A stretch of DNA of 51,601 bases from a virus (taxonomy: Duplodnaviria > Heunggongvirae > Uroviricota > Caudoviricetes), in IMG/VR virus record IMGVR_UViG_2854395284_000002, positions 91,638 to 143,238 of that record; one strand, written 5' to 3'. Under the pieces are notes generated by a model. That model did no database searches. It was not told the origin of the DNA and saw only the letters and a program-made list of their open reading frames with translations. Position numbers and translations under genes: made by a program. Shown one piece after another: positions 34,046 to 44,900 of the stretch (within the stretch, counting starts at the first letter, position 1; each line of letters opens with the position of its first letter).

Positions 34046-36196
34046 TTAAGAATTGGGCTTGTAATTGAGCTTTCCTATTTCACGATTAGCTGTTCGAGCA
34101 ACAGCCACACCGTAAATTACCATAACAAGAACAACAATAACAGTCATAGCAATTAAAAGAGGATAGGACTGTTCAAGGTGTGCCGCTCCTGAATATAAAT
34201 ATAGCTGCATGGCATATATCCCTACTGCTCCGCTGATACACGCTAATATAAGAGGAAGCAGGAAATACCATAATACTTGTTGGTTGATAGAACGCTTAAT
34301 TTGTTCACGTCGTGCTCCTAAAATAGAGAGTGTTAGATACCTTGATTTTGTAGTTTGCATTTGCGTCAAGAATTGCAGGGCAAGTAATGCACACGCAATA
34401 ATCAAAAACATAAATCCCATGTATAGTGTTGTATAACTTCCGGAAATAACATAAAATAATTGTCGCCCAAAATTATTAAGATAGCTTTCGTAATATAGAC
34501 CAGATGGTTTTAACAAATCACGAGCTTCCATAATCGGTAACATTAAACCTTTTGTTTCAACAAGTTCATTAGGAATACAAAAGTTCCAATAAACCATACA
34601 AGTGTCTGAATTTACAAATTCTGAATATATCTCATCTGAAACAATCAATGCAGTTATAATCTTGATATTTTCATCTGCGGTCAACCCTTTCATCGGTACG
34701 GAGGGAACAAGATAAAATGGTCTTTCGTTGATAGAAAGCGACGCTTCATTATTCGCCTGTGCGTCTGCTGCAATTTGATTTAACAGTGTAACCGTTTCAT
34801 CTTGAGCATTACCTAAAAAATCTGGGTTGAGATAATAGACAACTTCATTGTTCCCAAGGCTAATCTGTTCTTCTCCCGCGGCATCCAATAACCGATTATA
34901 GGAAGATACAGGAAGCAAATAAGGAGAAGAACTACCAGTATCAATAAGACCTAAAAGGTTTAAGGCAGCAGGTTGGTCGGAGCCAAAACTATACATACCA
35001 TCTTCTTGTGTGGCAGGGTCTACTACATCTTGAGGTAAATGCTGCACGATTTGTTTCCTAAATTTCGACCAATCAACAGGAGAACTTATCCCATCCGAAG
35101 CAGTGGATTTTATATTTCCTATTTCCATACGGTTCAGATTTGATACATAAGGACGAATTTGTTCGTTGGAAAGATACTTCTCAACAATTTGGTCGTTGCC
35201 CATTACAGTAAAGTCATAAACAGAAGTACCTCGTGTCAATTCACTTCCATATGACATTATGCGCACTGAGCCGTCGGTAATTAACATAATAGTAAGCATC
35301 ATCAGAATGGACGCTACGCTGATTGAAATATATTTATTAACGACATTTTCATGCAACTGCCGTAAAGTAAATACATAAAGTCCTCTTGTGGCTTTGTGTT
35401 TTATAGAAGCTGCCCATATACTCAAAATTCTTGCAAGTCCTCGAATAAATAGAATTGTTCCGATAATTCCAAGTAAAACGGCAATAAGCAGCATTGCCCC
35501 ACTCGCAGCCATAAAATGCTCTACAACAATCCAGTACGCGACAAGCAAAATTACGGTGCCTATAGCAAACGATACGAAACTTACATATGGATTCCCTGTG
35601 CGTTGCTTTTTCGCCATCTCTCCATAAACAAGTTGATGTAGCTCTTTACGGAACAGCTTTCCGCATAGAACAAACAATGCTACAAACTGAATAATCAAGA
35701 AGCCTAACGATGTGAAAATAGCGGCACTTACAGAAAAACTTAATTGGTGTGTAATGATACCATGCCCTACTAAACGCGCGGTTGTAAGACTTATAGCTTC
35801 GGATAAAAAGCCACCGCATACAAGCCCTCCTAAAAGAGCTAAAAACGACGTGATTAGCCCCTCTGTCATTATTTGAATAAATAATTTAATCTTTGTCATT
35901 CCAAACATCAAATAAAGCCCCAGTTCTCGACTACGACATTCAAGTTGATATTTGTTTGCAAATACTACGAGAAAGAACACAAATAATAAAGCACAAAGAT
36001 AAACCGTCGGTAAAAGATTAGTAAGCAACCGTTCTACTGCGTCGCTCTCAATTTCACTTAAAAAACGTATTACGTCCTGTTGTCCAAGAGAAAGCACTAT
36101 ATAAAACATTGCTACGGCTGTTATCATTGTCAGAAAATAAATTAGGTTTTCGCTACGGCTCCGTTTGGCGTTTCGCCATGTGAGATTAAAGAACAT
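34046..36196 (-). CDS. BceB-like ABC permease (FtsX domains)
   Basis: Multi-TM, RELGLY.MFG, R..Y.TL..LGA....I motifs, large extracellular loop. Confidence 0.88.
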   Translation of the reverse strand: MFFNLTWRNAKRSRSENLIYFLTMITAVAMFYIVLSLGQQDVIRFLSEIESDAVERLLTNLLPTVYLCALLFVFFLVVFANKYQLECRSRELGLYLMFGMTKIKLFIQIMTEGLITSFLALLGGLVCGGFLSEAISLTTARLVGHGIITHQLSFSVSAAIFTSLGFLIIQFVALFVLCGKLFRKELHQLVYGEMAKKQRTGNPYVSFVSFAIGTVILLVAYWIVVEHFMAASGAMLLIAVLLGIIGTILFIRGLARILSIWAASIKHKATRGLYVFTLRQLHENVVNKYISISVASILMMLTIMLITDGSVRIMSYGSELTRGTSVYDFTVMGNDQIVEKYLSNEQIRPYVSNLNRMEIGNIKSTASDGISSPVDWSKFRKQIVQHLPQDVVDPATQEDGMYSFGSDQPAALNLLGLIDTGSSSPYLLPVSSYNRLLDAAGEEQISLGNNEVVYYLNPDFLGNAQDETVTLLNQIAADAQANNEASLSINERPFYLVPSVPMKGLTADENIKIITALIVSDEIYSEFVNSDTCMVYWNFCIPNELVETKGLMLPIMEARDLLKPSGLYYESYLNNFGRQLFYVISGSYTTLYMGFMFLIIACALLALQFLTQMQTTKSRYLTLSILGARREQIKRSINQQVLWYFLLPLILACISGAVGIYAMQLYLYSGAAHLEQSYPLLIAMTVIVVLVMVIYGVAVARTANREIGKLNYKPNS

Positions 36197-36968
36197 TTGC
36201 ACTTCCTCCCCCCATTTGAGCCATCACTTGTAAAATACGTGCATAAAAATCTTCCTGTGTTTCATTTGGAATTTTACGACGTAACTCATGGAAAATAACA
36301 CCGTCTTGAATGAACAAAATACGAGAACAGAAACTCGCGGCGTTAGGGTCATGCGTGACCATTAGGATTGTGCGTCCACGCCTAAGATTGATTTCCTGTA
36401 ACTTCTCCATGAGTAAACGTGCTGATTTTGTATCTAATGCACCTGTAGGTTCATCAGCCAAAATAATATCGGGGTCAGAAATCAAACTACGTGCAGCAGC
36501 TACGCGTTGTTTTTGACCGCCCGACATTTGTGACGGAAATTTAGAAAGAACGTCTGTAATTCCAAGAAAATCTGCTATATCTTTTAGCTTTTTTTCCGCT
36601 GTAACAATGTCAATATTATGAATTGATAAAGGCAATATAATATTTTCTTTACCAGTTAGATTATCAAGTAAAGCAAAATCTTGAAATAGATAACCAATCT
36701 TGTTGCCACGATATTCAGCCAACTTCGTGCCATCAAAAGAGCTTATATTGGCACCTGAAAGTAAAATTTGACCTGAAGTTGGTTTAATTACCGTCGCAAT
36801 ACAATTTAATAATGTAGTTTTACCGGAACCACTTGCACCCATAATACCCAAATATTCACCATTGAGAACATTAAATGAAATCCCATTTAGAGCCTTTGTG
36901 GGGACACCATCTTTTGTGTAAACTTTATGCAAGTCGCACACTTCCAAGAGTTTTTCTGTATAATTCAT
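36186..36968 (-). CDS. BceA-like ABC ATP-binding protein
   Basis: GASGSGKT, MSGGQKQR, LADEPTGALD, VTHD. Confidence 0.93.
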   Translation of the reverse strand: MNYTEKLLEVCDLHKVYTKDGVPTKALNGISFNVLNGEYLGIMGASGSGKTTLLNCIATVIKPTSGQILLSGANISSFDGTKLAEYRGNKIGYLFQDFALLDNLTGKENIILPLSIHNIDIVTAEKKLKDIADFLGITDVLSKFPSQMSGGQKQRVAAARSLISDPDIILADEPTGALDTKSARLLMEKLQEINLRRGRTILMVTHDPNAASFCSRILFIQDGVIFHELRRKIPNETQEDFYARILQVMAQMGGGSANVL

Positions 36969-37034
36969 TTTTACACCTCGCCTTGTGGATTGTTGATTGT
37001 TTACCAGTTATAATTTTACTGCGTAATAACTCAA

Positions 37035-37070
37035 TGTAACACTTACATTTGATGTAAGGTTTTACGTAAG
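37035..37070. promoter_or_regulatory. candidate response-regulator box upstream of the ABC operon
   Basis: CTTACA-N5-TGTAAG inverted repeat at 37042-37058 with flanking TGTAAC and CGTAAG. Confidence 0.4.
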
Positions 37071-37073
37071 GAA

Positions 37074-37253
37074 TTATCTATTTTTATTCCCTTTCCTACG
37101 TCCATCAGTAGGCTTCTCTGCCGCTTTGGGTATCAACCACATATAACCGATTTTTGAAACTCCCGGTATTCTGTTCTGTTTACAAAGTATCTGTACTCGC
37201 CGTTCAGAAATGCCCCATTTTTCCGCTGCTTCTGGACAAGACATATATTCCAT
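37074..37253 (-). CDS. 59-aa excisionase-like HTH protein (MEYMSCPEAAEKWGISERRVQILCKQNRIPG...)
   Basis: Hand-translated; below the ORF-track cutoff. Confidence 0.7.
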   Translation of the reverse strand: MEYMSCPEAAEKWGISERRVQILCKQNRIPGVSKIGYMWLIPKAAEKPTDGRRKGNKNR

Positions 37254-37413
37254 AGTTCAACCGCCCTTTCCTCAAACTTTATCAATATAATTATAATCGG
37301 ATAACCGAATAATAGCAAGTGTATGATATGCTCTATTTCTATCCATACTATGATGTGTGTAATCATATCTCGAAAGAGAGATGAAATATACAATGTAGTT
37401 GGGTGAAATGATT

Positions 37414-37773
37414 ATGAAGCAGAACAAAGAAAAGTTTGATTTTAAGGCTTTCGGACAGGCTATAAAAGCGGCAAGAAAAGCAAAGGGGATTTCCCGCAAT
37501 CAGTTAGCGGATAAGCTGAACATTGCGCCGCGATATATCGCGTCCATTGAGAACAGCGGACAGCACCCAAGTTTGCAGATTTTGTATGAGCTTGTAACCT
37601 TGCTTGACGTATCGGTAGACCAGTTCTTTTTCCCGGAACGGGAACAGGAAAAGTCCACCCGCCGCCGTCAGCTTGATACCATGCTCGACGGCATGAGCGA
37701 AAAGGATTTGAAAATCCTGTCTGCTACCGCAAAAGGGATTGAGGAAGCCAACAACGAAACAACGGGGGAATAA
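37414..37773 (+). CDS. XRE HTH regulator (Tn916 Orf9-like)
   Basis: FGQAIKAARKAKGISRNQLA....IAPRYIASIENSGQHPSLQ. Confidence 0.85.
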   Translation: MKQNKEKFDFKAFGQAIKAARKAKGISRNQLADKLNIAPRYIASIENSGQHPSLQILYELVTLLDVSVDQFFFPEREQEKSTRRRQLDTMLDGMSEKDLKILSATAKGIEEANNETTGE

Positions 37774-37895
37774 AGTTCCCTCGTTTCTTCATAGAGAAAG
37801 CAGTTTGAAACGTCGCAGTTTGCGACGTTTTTCTTTTGTCCTGCTTTGGCAAAATCAAATTTTCCATGTAGTAGGGATAAAGGGAGAAAGTTTCT

Positions 37896-37995
37896 TAGCA
37901 AGCATAGGAAAAGAGTACCCTTTTCCGTATTTTCGCCCTCCCGCCCTGCGGTGCGTCGGTTAAAAATTGCTTGTTGGGAAGTGTCCCAAACCCTC
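37896..37995. other. oriT-like site, copy 1
   Basis: Upstream of mobC; IR GGAAAAG-N6-CTTTTCC next to TAGCAAGCATAG. Confidence 0.55.
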
Positions 37996-38016
37996 GGAAT
38001 GGAAAGGAACGATTGC

Positions 38017-38346
38017 ATGAACGGACGCAAAAGAAAAGTACAAATCAAATTCTATGTAACAGAGGAAGAACGGGCATTGATTGAACAGAAAATGAAGCTC
38101 GTCCCTACCCAAAATATGGCGGCGTATCTTCGCAAGATTGCCATTGACGGGTATATCATTCAGACAGACCATAGCGACATAAAAGCCATGACAGCGGAGA
38201 TACAGAAAATCGGGGTCAACGTCAATCAGATTGCAAAGCGTGTCAATGCGACAGGCAGCGTCTACCAAGAGGACATAGAGGAAATAAAGGGGGTGCTTGC
38301 GGAGATATGGCGGTTACAAAGATTAAGCCTATTAAAAGCACGTTGA
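38017..38346 (+). CDS. mobC: MobC relaxosome accessory protein
   Basis: RKVQIKFYVTEEE...I..KM.......YLRK.AIDG...IQKIG.NVNQIAK..N. Confidence 0.88.
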   Translation: MNGRKRKVQIKFYVTEEERALIEQKMKLVPTQNMAAYLRKIAIDGYIIQTDHSDIKAMTAEIQKIGVNVNQIAKRVNATGSVYQEDIEEIKGVLAEIWRLQRLSLLKAR

Positions 38347-39656
38347 GCAAAGCCCTTGATTATATCCAAAACCCGGATAAGACAGACGGGAAAACGCTTG
38401 TGTCCTCCTTTGGGTGCAGCTATGAAACGGCAGATATTGAGTTTGAATATACTTTGTCGCAGGCTCGGCAGAAAGGGAACAACTTAGCCTTTCATCTGAT
38501 ACAATCGTTTGAACCGGGAGAGGTGGACTGTGAGAAAGCCCACACAATCGGAAAACAGCTTGCCGACGCGGTAACAAAGGGACAGCATGAATACGTCTTG
38601 ACTACCCACATAGACAAAGGGCATATCCATAACCATATCATTTTTTGTGCGGTCAACTTTGTTGACTACCATAAGTACAATTCCAATAAGCGCAGTTACT
38701 ACGGCATACGGAACATAAGTGATAAGCTGTGCAGGGAAAACGGGCTGTCCGTTGTCATTCCGGGTAAAGGCAGTAAGGGAAAAAGCTATGCAGAATATCA
38801 AGCGGAAAAGACGGGAACAAGTTGGAAAGGCAAGCTAAAAATTGCCGTTGATACACTTATCCCCCAAGTAGCAAGTTTTGAAGAATTATTGCAGCGGTTA
38901 CAGGCGGCGGGCTATGAGATAAAACCGGGAAAATATATCTCCTGCCGCGCTCCCGGACAGGAACGCTTTACCCGCTTAAAAACCCTCGGTGCAGATTATA
39001 CAGAGGAAGCAATCAAAGAACGGATTGCAGGCAAGCGCACAAAGGCAGCGAAAGCTCCCAAAGAGCAGCGCGGCGTATCGCTGCTTATCGACATTGAAAG
39101 TAGTATCAAGGCACAAGAGAGCCGGGGCTATGAACAGTGGGCGAAAATCCATAATCTGAAACTGGCTGCAAAAACTATAAATTTCTTGACAGAACACAAG
39201 ATTGAGCAGTACGCGGATTTAGTCAGCCGGATTGAAGAAATAAATGCGGAAAATGAAAAGACAGCAGACGCATTAAAGAGCGTGGAGAAACGTCTTGCAG
39301 ACATGGCGGTGCTGATGAAGCACGTTACCACCTACCAAAAAACAAAAACCGTCTATGAAGCATACCGCAGGGCAAAGGATAAGGACACATACCGGGCAAA
39401 GCAGGAAAGCAGTCTGATACTCCATGAAGCGGCGGCAAAGGCATTGAAAGCGGCGGGCGTTACCAAGCTCCCCAATCTTGCCGCCATGCAGGAAGAATAC
39501 GGGAAGCTCCAAGCGCAGAAAGAAGCCCTTTACACTGATTATGGCAAGCTGAAAAAACAGGTCAAGGAATACGACGTTATCAAACAGAACATAGACAGTA
39601 TTTTAAGACTGGAAAAAGAACCGGAACGGGGCAGGGAAACCGAACGCTTACAGTAG
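38307..39656 (+). CDS. MOBP-type relaxase
   Basis: ALDYIQNPDKT, HLIQSF.PGE, THIDKGHIHNHII (3H motif). Confidence 0.92.
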   Translation: MAVTKIKPIKSTLSKALDYIQNPDKTDGKTLVSSFGCSYETADIEFEYTLSQARQKGNNLAFHLIQSFEPGEVDCEKAHTIGKQLADAVTKGQHEYVLTTHIDKGHIHNHIIFCAVNFVDYHKYNSNKRSYYGIRNISDKLCRENGLSVVIPGKGSKGKSYAEYQAEKTGTSWKGKLKIAVDTLIPQVASFEELLQRLQAAGYEIKPGKYISCRAPGQERFTRLKTLGADYTEEAIKERIAGKRTKAAKAPKEQRGVSLLIDIESSIKAQESRGYEQWAKIHNLKLAAKTINFLTEHKIEQYADLVSRIEEINAENEKTADALKSVEKRLADMAVLMKHVTTYQKTKTVYEAYRRAKDKDTYRAKQESSLILHEAAAKALKAAGVTKLPNLAAMQEEYGKLQAQKEALYTDYGKLKKQVKEYDVIKQNIDSILRLEKEPERGRETERLQ

Positions 39657-39716
39657 AAATATCTATAAAAGCGTGGTAGGATAAAGGTATTCCAATATAG
39701 ACAGGAGCGTGAAAAC

Positions 39717-39986
39717 ATGGCAGACCAAACGATACCCGATTATGAAACCATAAGCGCCGCCGTTACCGGAGAAACATGGGCGGTGGAAAAGGTGCTTATG
39801 TGCTACAAGGACGAAATCGACAGGCAGGCAACTGTAAAGAAACGTCAGCCGGACGGAACATTCAAACTGGAAATTGATGAAGATATGCGCCAGTATATCA
39901 CAATGAAGCTGATAGAAGCCCTCCCCCAGTTTCCCCTTGAAGAAATGGAAAGAGAGGAAAAAAGAAATCGGGACAAAAAATCATAA
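39717..39986 (+). CDS. Orf8-like HTH protein
   Basis: PDYETISAAV.GE.WAVEKVL..Y...I...A.......DEDMRQYI..KL. Confidence 0.65.
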   Translation: MADQTIPDYETISAAVTGETWAVEKVLMCYKDEIDRQATVKKRQPDGTFKLEIDEDMRQYITMKLIEALPQFPLEEMEREEKRNRDKKS

Positions 39987-40326
39987 AAAGGTAGACGGGA
40001 AGCTGCTGCGGACAGATAAGCAGTTCCGGCATTTGAAGCAACGGCAGAAAGAAACTATCAGTACATGGCTTTATGAGGAATACCGCCGTCTTTGGATAGA
40101 AAAGGGACAGGAGCCGCATAAGTACAACAACCGGGAAATCGTTGCCGCTGTTATGGAACGGATAGAAGCTGCGGGGATATGGCTGCCGGAACAGGAAGTA
40201 ACAAAATATTTTTACCGCAGGAAAACCCATTACCGGAACCGGATAGAAAAAGAATTACAGCCGAAGCCGGAAATGCAGGATAAAGACAGTCAGACACAAA
40301 AAGAACAGGGCGCAGGAAGCCAGTAA
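39937..40326 (+). CDS. hypothetical ICE protein (129 aa)
   Basis: ORF overlapping the previous gene. Confidence 0.6.
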   Translation: MKKWKERKKEIGTKNHKKVDGKLLRTDKQFRHLKQRQKETISTWLYEEYRRLWIEKGQEPHKYNNREIVAAVMERIEAAGIWLPEQEVTKYFYRRKTHYRNRIEKELQPKPEMQDKDSQTQKEQGAGSQ

Positions 40327-40472
40327 TGACCTCCCGCACCCTGTTCTTTTATATAGGTACTGATTTTAAAATGTTACGCAGTAGAACCCCCATTTTAAGG
40401 GAAAAGGTATTCTGTATCGCCTATGCCAGTTTCACGTCATTTATGCCCTGTAAATCAAGGCTTTTTTTGCCC

Positions 40473-40838
40473 TTATCGCGTAACCGCCGCACGCCGTTTC
40501 CTCATGCGCTCGGCTGCCTGTCTGCGGGTAATCCGCTTCCGGCAGTCCGGGCAGTATTTGACGCTGTTCGATTTTGATACAAAGAACGTGCCGCACTCGG
40601 TACAACGCTTTTTGTCCTCTGTCTTGAAAAGCTCTGCATACAGTAGCTTATCAAGAGGAAGTACGGCAATTTGAAACCACTTGCATAAAAGCGAACAGGA
40701 AATGAGCTGCGGGCAGACACATTCCTCCCCGTCGTCCAGTAAGATACAGTGTCCGCGCTCGCAGTTGCAGCACTCCTTTTTTACAAGGCTGTTGACTTTT
40801 CGGCTCTGTGGCGGCGTAAGCCGCTTACCCCCGGTCAT
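40473..40838 (-). CDS. cysteine-rich VLP-domain protein
   Basis: CCNC..G.C..LD...C.CPQ.....L.CKWF..AVLP...C..C...CPDC. Confidence 0.8.
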   Translation of the reverse strand: MTGGKRLTPPQSRKVNSLVKKECCNCERGHCILLDDGEECVCPQLISCSLLCKWFQIAVLPLDKLLYAELFKTEDKKRCTECGTFFVSKSNSVKYCPDCRKRITRRQAAERMRKRRAAVTR

Positions 40839-41047
40839 ACTTCATCAGCGGCGAAAATGGCAAGCTCCGCATACTCGTTTTCTGTTAGCGGGGAAATTTT
40901 CTGTAAGGTGCGTTCTGCAAAGGGGCGCATATCCTCGTCCATGAACGGCAGCGCAGCCGTCATATTTTCCATAAGCTGTGCTTTGCTTCCCTCATGGTAA
41001 ATACTCAACAGGTTCATTTCTTCAACGGTCAGTCTAATCATGCTCAT
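40835..41047 (-). CDS. transposon-encoded TTRAP-like small protein
   Basis: LTVEEMNLLSIY....L.ENM..ALP..DEDM......L.KI. Confidence 0.65.
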   Translation of the reverse strand: MSMIRLTVEEMNLLSIYHEGSKAQLMENMTAALPFMDEDMRPFAERTLQKISPLTENEYAELAIFAADEV

Positions 41048-41988
41048 ACCTCCAATTCGTGATGTTTTGATTTTGCTGTCTTTTTCGGGACTTTTGGGGA
41101 TTTTTCTGTTTGTAACTGCGCCCGGACAGAGGGAGGGGACTGTTTCATCTCTTTCTTCCTCTCGCTTTTATCTATCAGCGCATAAACGCCATGCCTGCCC
41201 TCCAACGTAGATAAGGAAAGGCTTTTGTAAGGGAGCATGGAAAGCAGCCGTTCCATATCCTTATCCGTTGCCAGTGGAACAAAGTAGGGAGAAAGTTCTA
41301 CCGCACAATGGGTCTTTTCGGGGCTGTCCGGTTCTCCAAGCCCTTTTACATTTTCCACAATCCGGCGGGCTTCTGTTTCAATCTGTCTATCATGCAGGGC
41401 GGCGATATGTAACTGAAAATCCCTCTGCGTATGCGGTGTTCGTTTTTTCTGCTGTTCCCTCAAAAGGCTTTTTAAGGCTTCCGGGTCGTTTGGCTGTGCT
41501 TCAAAACGTATAAACTTTCCAAGTTGCGGGTCAGTGTCCCCGTCAAAATATTGTCCGGCAGGCTTTGTCAGCTCCCCATGCTCATAAATCAGCGTGTAGT
41601 TGTCGGCAGGGATTGATTTTTCGATTACTTCCCGGAAATGCTGCAAATAATCCAGTTCATAAAGATTGCCCTTGATTTTTTCCTGCTCTGTGCCTGTCAG
41701 TTCCACCGCATAGGCAAGGATAGTATCGCGGGTCTGTTCCCCGTAAAACCGCCATGTATTATGCTGCCTTGTGTCCTTTAGAAAAACGTCCCGTTCCCGG
41801 AAGCAGCACGTCCCGGACGGGCGGGAAAACCACAAAAGCCGTTTGTCCTCCGGGATAAGGCTTACCGCCGCTTTCCGCAAAATCTGTTTGTCTATGTCAA
41901 AATCGCTCTGATAAAAAGCGGTGTTCTGTTTCATTATGGCTTCAAGGGAAGCAATAACGTCCACATTTTCAAATTTTTGTAACTTCAT
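41044..41988 (-). CDS. conserved Tn1549-type ICE hypothetical protein (314 aa)
   Basis: ORF in operon. Confidence 0.75.
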   Translation of the reverse strand: MKLQKFENVDVIASLEAIMKQNTAFYQSDFDIDKQILRKAAVSLIPEDKRLLWFSRPSGTCCFRERDVFLKDTRQHNTWRFYGEQTRDTILAYAVELTGTEQEKIKGNLYELDYLQHFREVIEKSIPADNYTLIYEHGELTKPAGQYFDGDTDPQLGKFIRFEAQPNDPEALKSLLREQQKKRTPHTQRDFQLHIAALHDRQIETEARRIVENVKGLGEPDSPEKTHCAVELSPYFVPLATDKDMERLLSMLPYKSLSLSTLEGRHGVYALIDKSERKKEMKQSPPSVRAQLQTEKSPKVPKKTAKSKHHELEV

Positions 41989-41991
41989 AGG

Positions 41992-44900
41992 TCAGCTCCT
42001 TTCCAAATCCTGTGTTTTCTGTCTTGCCTGTTTCTTCTGTGCCTGTTCTTTCGCTGCTTTAAGCTGCGCCCGGATAGAGGACTTTTTCTCCGGCTCTGCC
42101 TGTTTCTTTTCTGCTTTGAGGGCTTCGGCGTATTCTGCAAGGGAAATCTGTCCTCCGGCTTTTGCTTTTTCTTCCAGTTCCGTAGCGGTCGGGGTGTTGT
42201 TTATCTGCCCGTCAATCATGTTGTAATTCTGCTCGGTGGTCTGTTCGGCAGCTTTCAGATAATTTTCCGGCTGCAAAAACTCCGGCACGTCCTTATAACC
42301 GAAGCTGTCTACATAGTGGGCGGTGTCCTGTCCGTTCTGATGAAGTACCACCACGTCGGAAACGGAAAGGCTGTGTCCCTTAAAATCTTTCGGGTGGTCG
42401 ATATTAAAGCGGGTGTAAATATCTTCAAGGGAAGTCCCCGGCGTAAGAGGTGCGGAATAGACAAGTGTATAGTTTTTCGCGTCTACCCGGTGTCCGGCGG
42501 CAATCAGACGGTCGTAAGGCTCAAAACGCAAGTCCCTTGTTTCGTCCCCGCCTTTTATCTGATAAATGGAAAAGGTGTCTTTATCCTGTGGGGCTTCCTG
42601 CTCCGGCTGCCCTTGTGCGAATTGTTCCTGTGCAGCTACCTTTTGCGCCCGGATATGCGCCCGCTGTAACTCGGTAGGCTTTTCCCCGGTAAGAGGTGCA
42701 ATCGCCTTGACATAATCAGCCGCATAATAGGCGTTACTGGTAAGCTGCCGCTGCCATACCCCGGCTTTTGGCGACCAACGGAAGCCGTTGCTTTTTAAGG
42801 CTTCCCGCGTAGCTTCGTCCGGCTTATCCTCAAAGAAGATTTGCAGACGGTTCGCTTCGGTGTTTGCTTCCACCTTGCCGCCGTCGAATTCCCAACCCAC
42901 AAAACCGATTTCTTTTTGCTGTGAAAGGGATTTGATACGGTCTTTCACGCGCCGGATTTCCGCGCTGTTGTTGGATAACGCCCAAGTCGCAAAGGGCTTG
43001 TCCCCCAAATGCCAACTGCTCGCCATGTCCGCTTTTAATTTTTCAAGCTGTTCCGGCAACAAATGCGGGCAGCCGTCAAGGGTCTTGTGCTTACGGTAAT
43101 AGGCGTTTACGGCTTTCATGGTTTCCTGTGATTTTTCAAGGCTTTCCAGTTTCTTTTCTAACTTCTGTACTGCCTGTGGGTCGTCTGCACTGATACCGCC
43201 CATGCCGGTACTGCGGATTTTATCAAGAAGTCCTTGTATGTCCTGCCATTCCCGGTAATTGCTGTCGCGGGCTGCGTTCTGCTTTTCTTTCTTCCTTGTG
43301 GGGAAGTTAGAGCCGCCCGCAATGAGGATAGAGGGAACACGCGCGTCAATCTCATAGCCTTTGTTCATGTTCGCCGCCAGTTTCCGGGCGTAGGTGTCAA
43401 GCAGGCTGTCGATTTTCTCATGGTACATCGGGTCTACCCGCTGTTTCTGCCTTTCTGCAAGCTGTACGGCTTCATCTACATAGTGCCTGTATTCAGCCGT
43501 CGCGCTGCCTTGCTTATAATCGGAAAAACTGTTTGCGTCCTTTGCACGTTTGGCGGCAGCTTCGTTGATTGTGTAATAAGGTGCGGCGGGTGCAGCTTGT
43601 TCCGGCTGTGGTGCTTCGCTGCTTGCGCCTGTATCAGCTTCCGGCTCGGTCTGTGCTTCTTTTTCCTGTACCGGGGCTGTTTCTTCGGGAAGCTCCGGCG
43701 CGGCTGCTTCTGCTTCGGGCTGTATGGTAGCTTCCTGTGGGGTCTGTGCCTGTTCGGTGGTCTGTTCCTTATCCTGTGCCTTTTGGATTTCTGCAAAATG
43801 TCCGTCTATGGTATCAATCAGACTTGCGGCGGTGCTGCGGATTGTTTCAAGAGAGCCTTTCAGTTCTGCAAGTTCTTTTCCGCTGCTCCACCCGGCGATA
43901 TATCCAAAGGAATAGTCCGACGTATCAAGCCCGTAGTGTTGGCAAACGGCATAGGCGACGCTTTCTGCCTGTACCTCGCGGGTGCGGCGGTCGGGACGTT
44001 CCGGCGCGTCTTTGTCTATGTCATGGAGTGTCGCATGGGCAATTTCATGGATAGCGGTCTTGATATTCTGCAATTCATCCATGCCCTCGTTGATGAGAAT
44101 ACACTTTTCCTCATAATTGCAGCGTCCTTTTATACTGCCGCTTAGTGCTTCAAATCCCATAGCAAAGGGGGAAGTTTTTTCAAGGGCAGCGAAAAAATCC
44201 TGATACTGTTCCACGTCGCCCGTAAGCTCCTTTATCCCAAGGTCGGGCAACTCCTTACCCTCGGTCTGCGACACGTCAAAAACAGATACCACACGAAAGG
44301 CGGGGATTTGGATTTCCTTTTCCTCGGTAACGGCTTTCCCGTTCTTATCGAAAACAGGCTTTTGCGTGTCCGGGTCGATTTTTTCCACCTGTTTCTTAAC
44401 GGTAAAGGGCGCGGGCGCAATTATCTTGATAGCTTTTTCCCCCGGCTTTACATGGCGGTCAAATTCCTTTTCCCATTGTTTATAGCCTTTTACAAGGTTG
44501 CCGCCCTGCATGGCGATAAGGATTGTATTGTTTAGGCTGTAATCATGGAATTTAGACATAGTACGCAGATAGTCGGCGTAACGGTCGCTTTCATAAATCC
44601 CCAAAATGCCCTGTTCCAGTCGGTCGGTAATCTCTTTCATTTTGTTGGCGGGCTTTTCGGAAGATAGGATAATCGGGAGAACCGGGGGCTGCTCTGTGGC
44701 AGTGGTCGGTATGGCTGCGGCAGCGTCAAGGTCTGCCTGTTCCTTTTCCTGTACTGGCGGCTGCGGTGTTACCCGATATTCCTCCGGCACGTCCCGTCCG
44801 TCATACCACTGTGTAAAGGTGTTGCGGTTGTTGTAGATATATCCCTGCTCGGTAAATCTGCCCCCGTCATTGATAGCAGCGTCCCGCCCGTATTCCTCAT

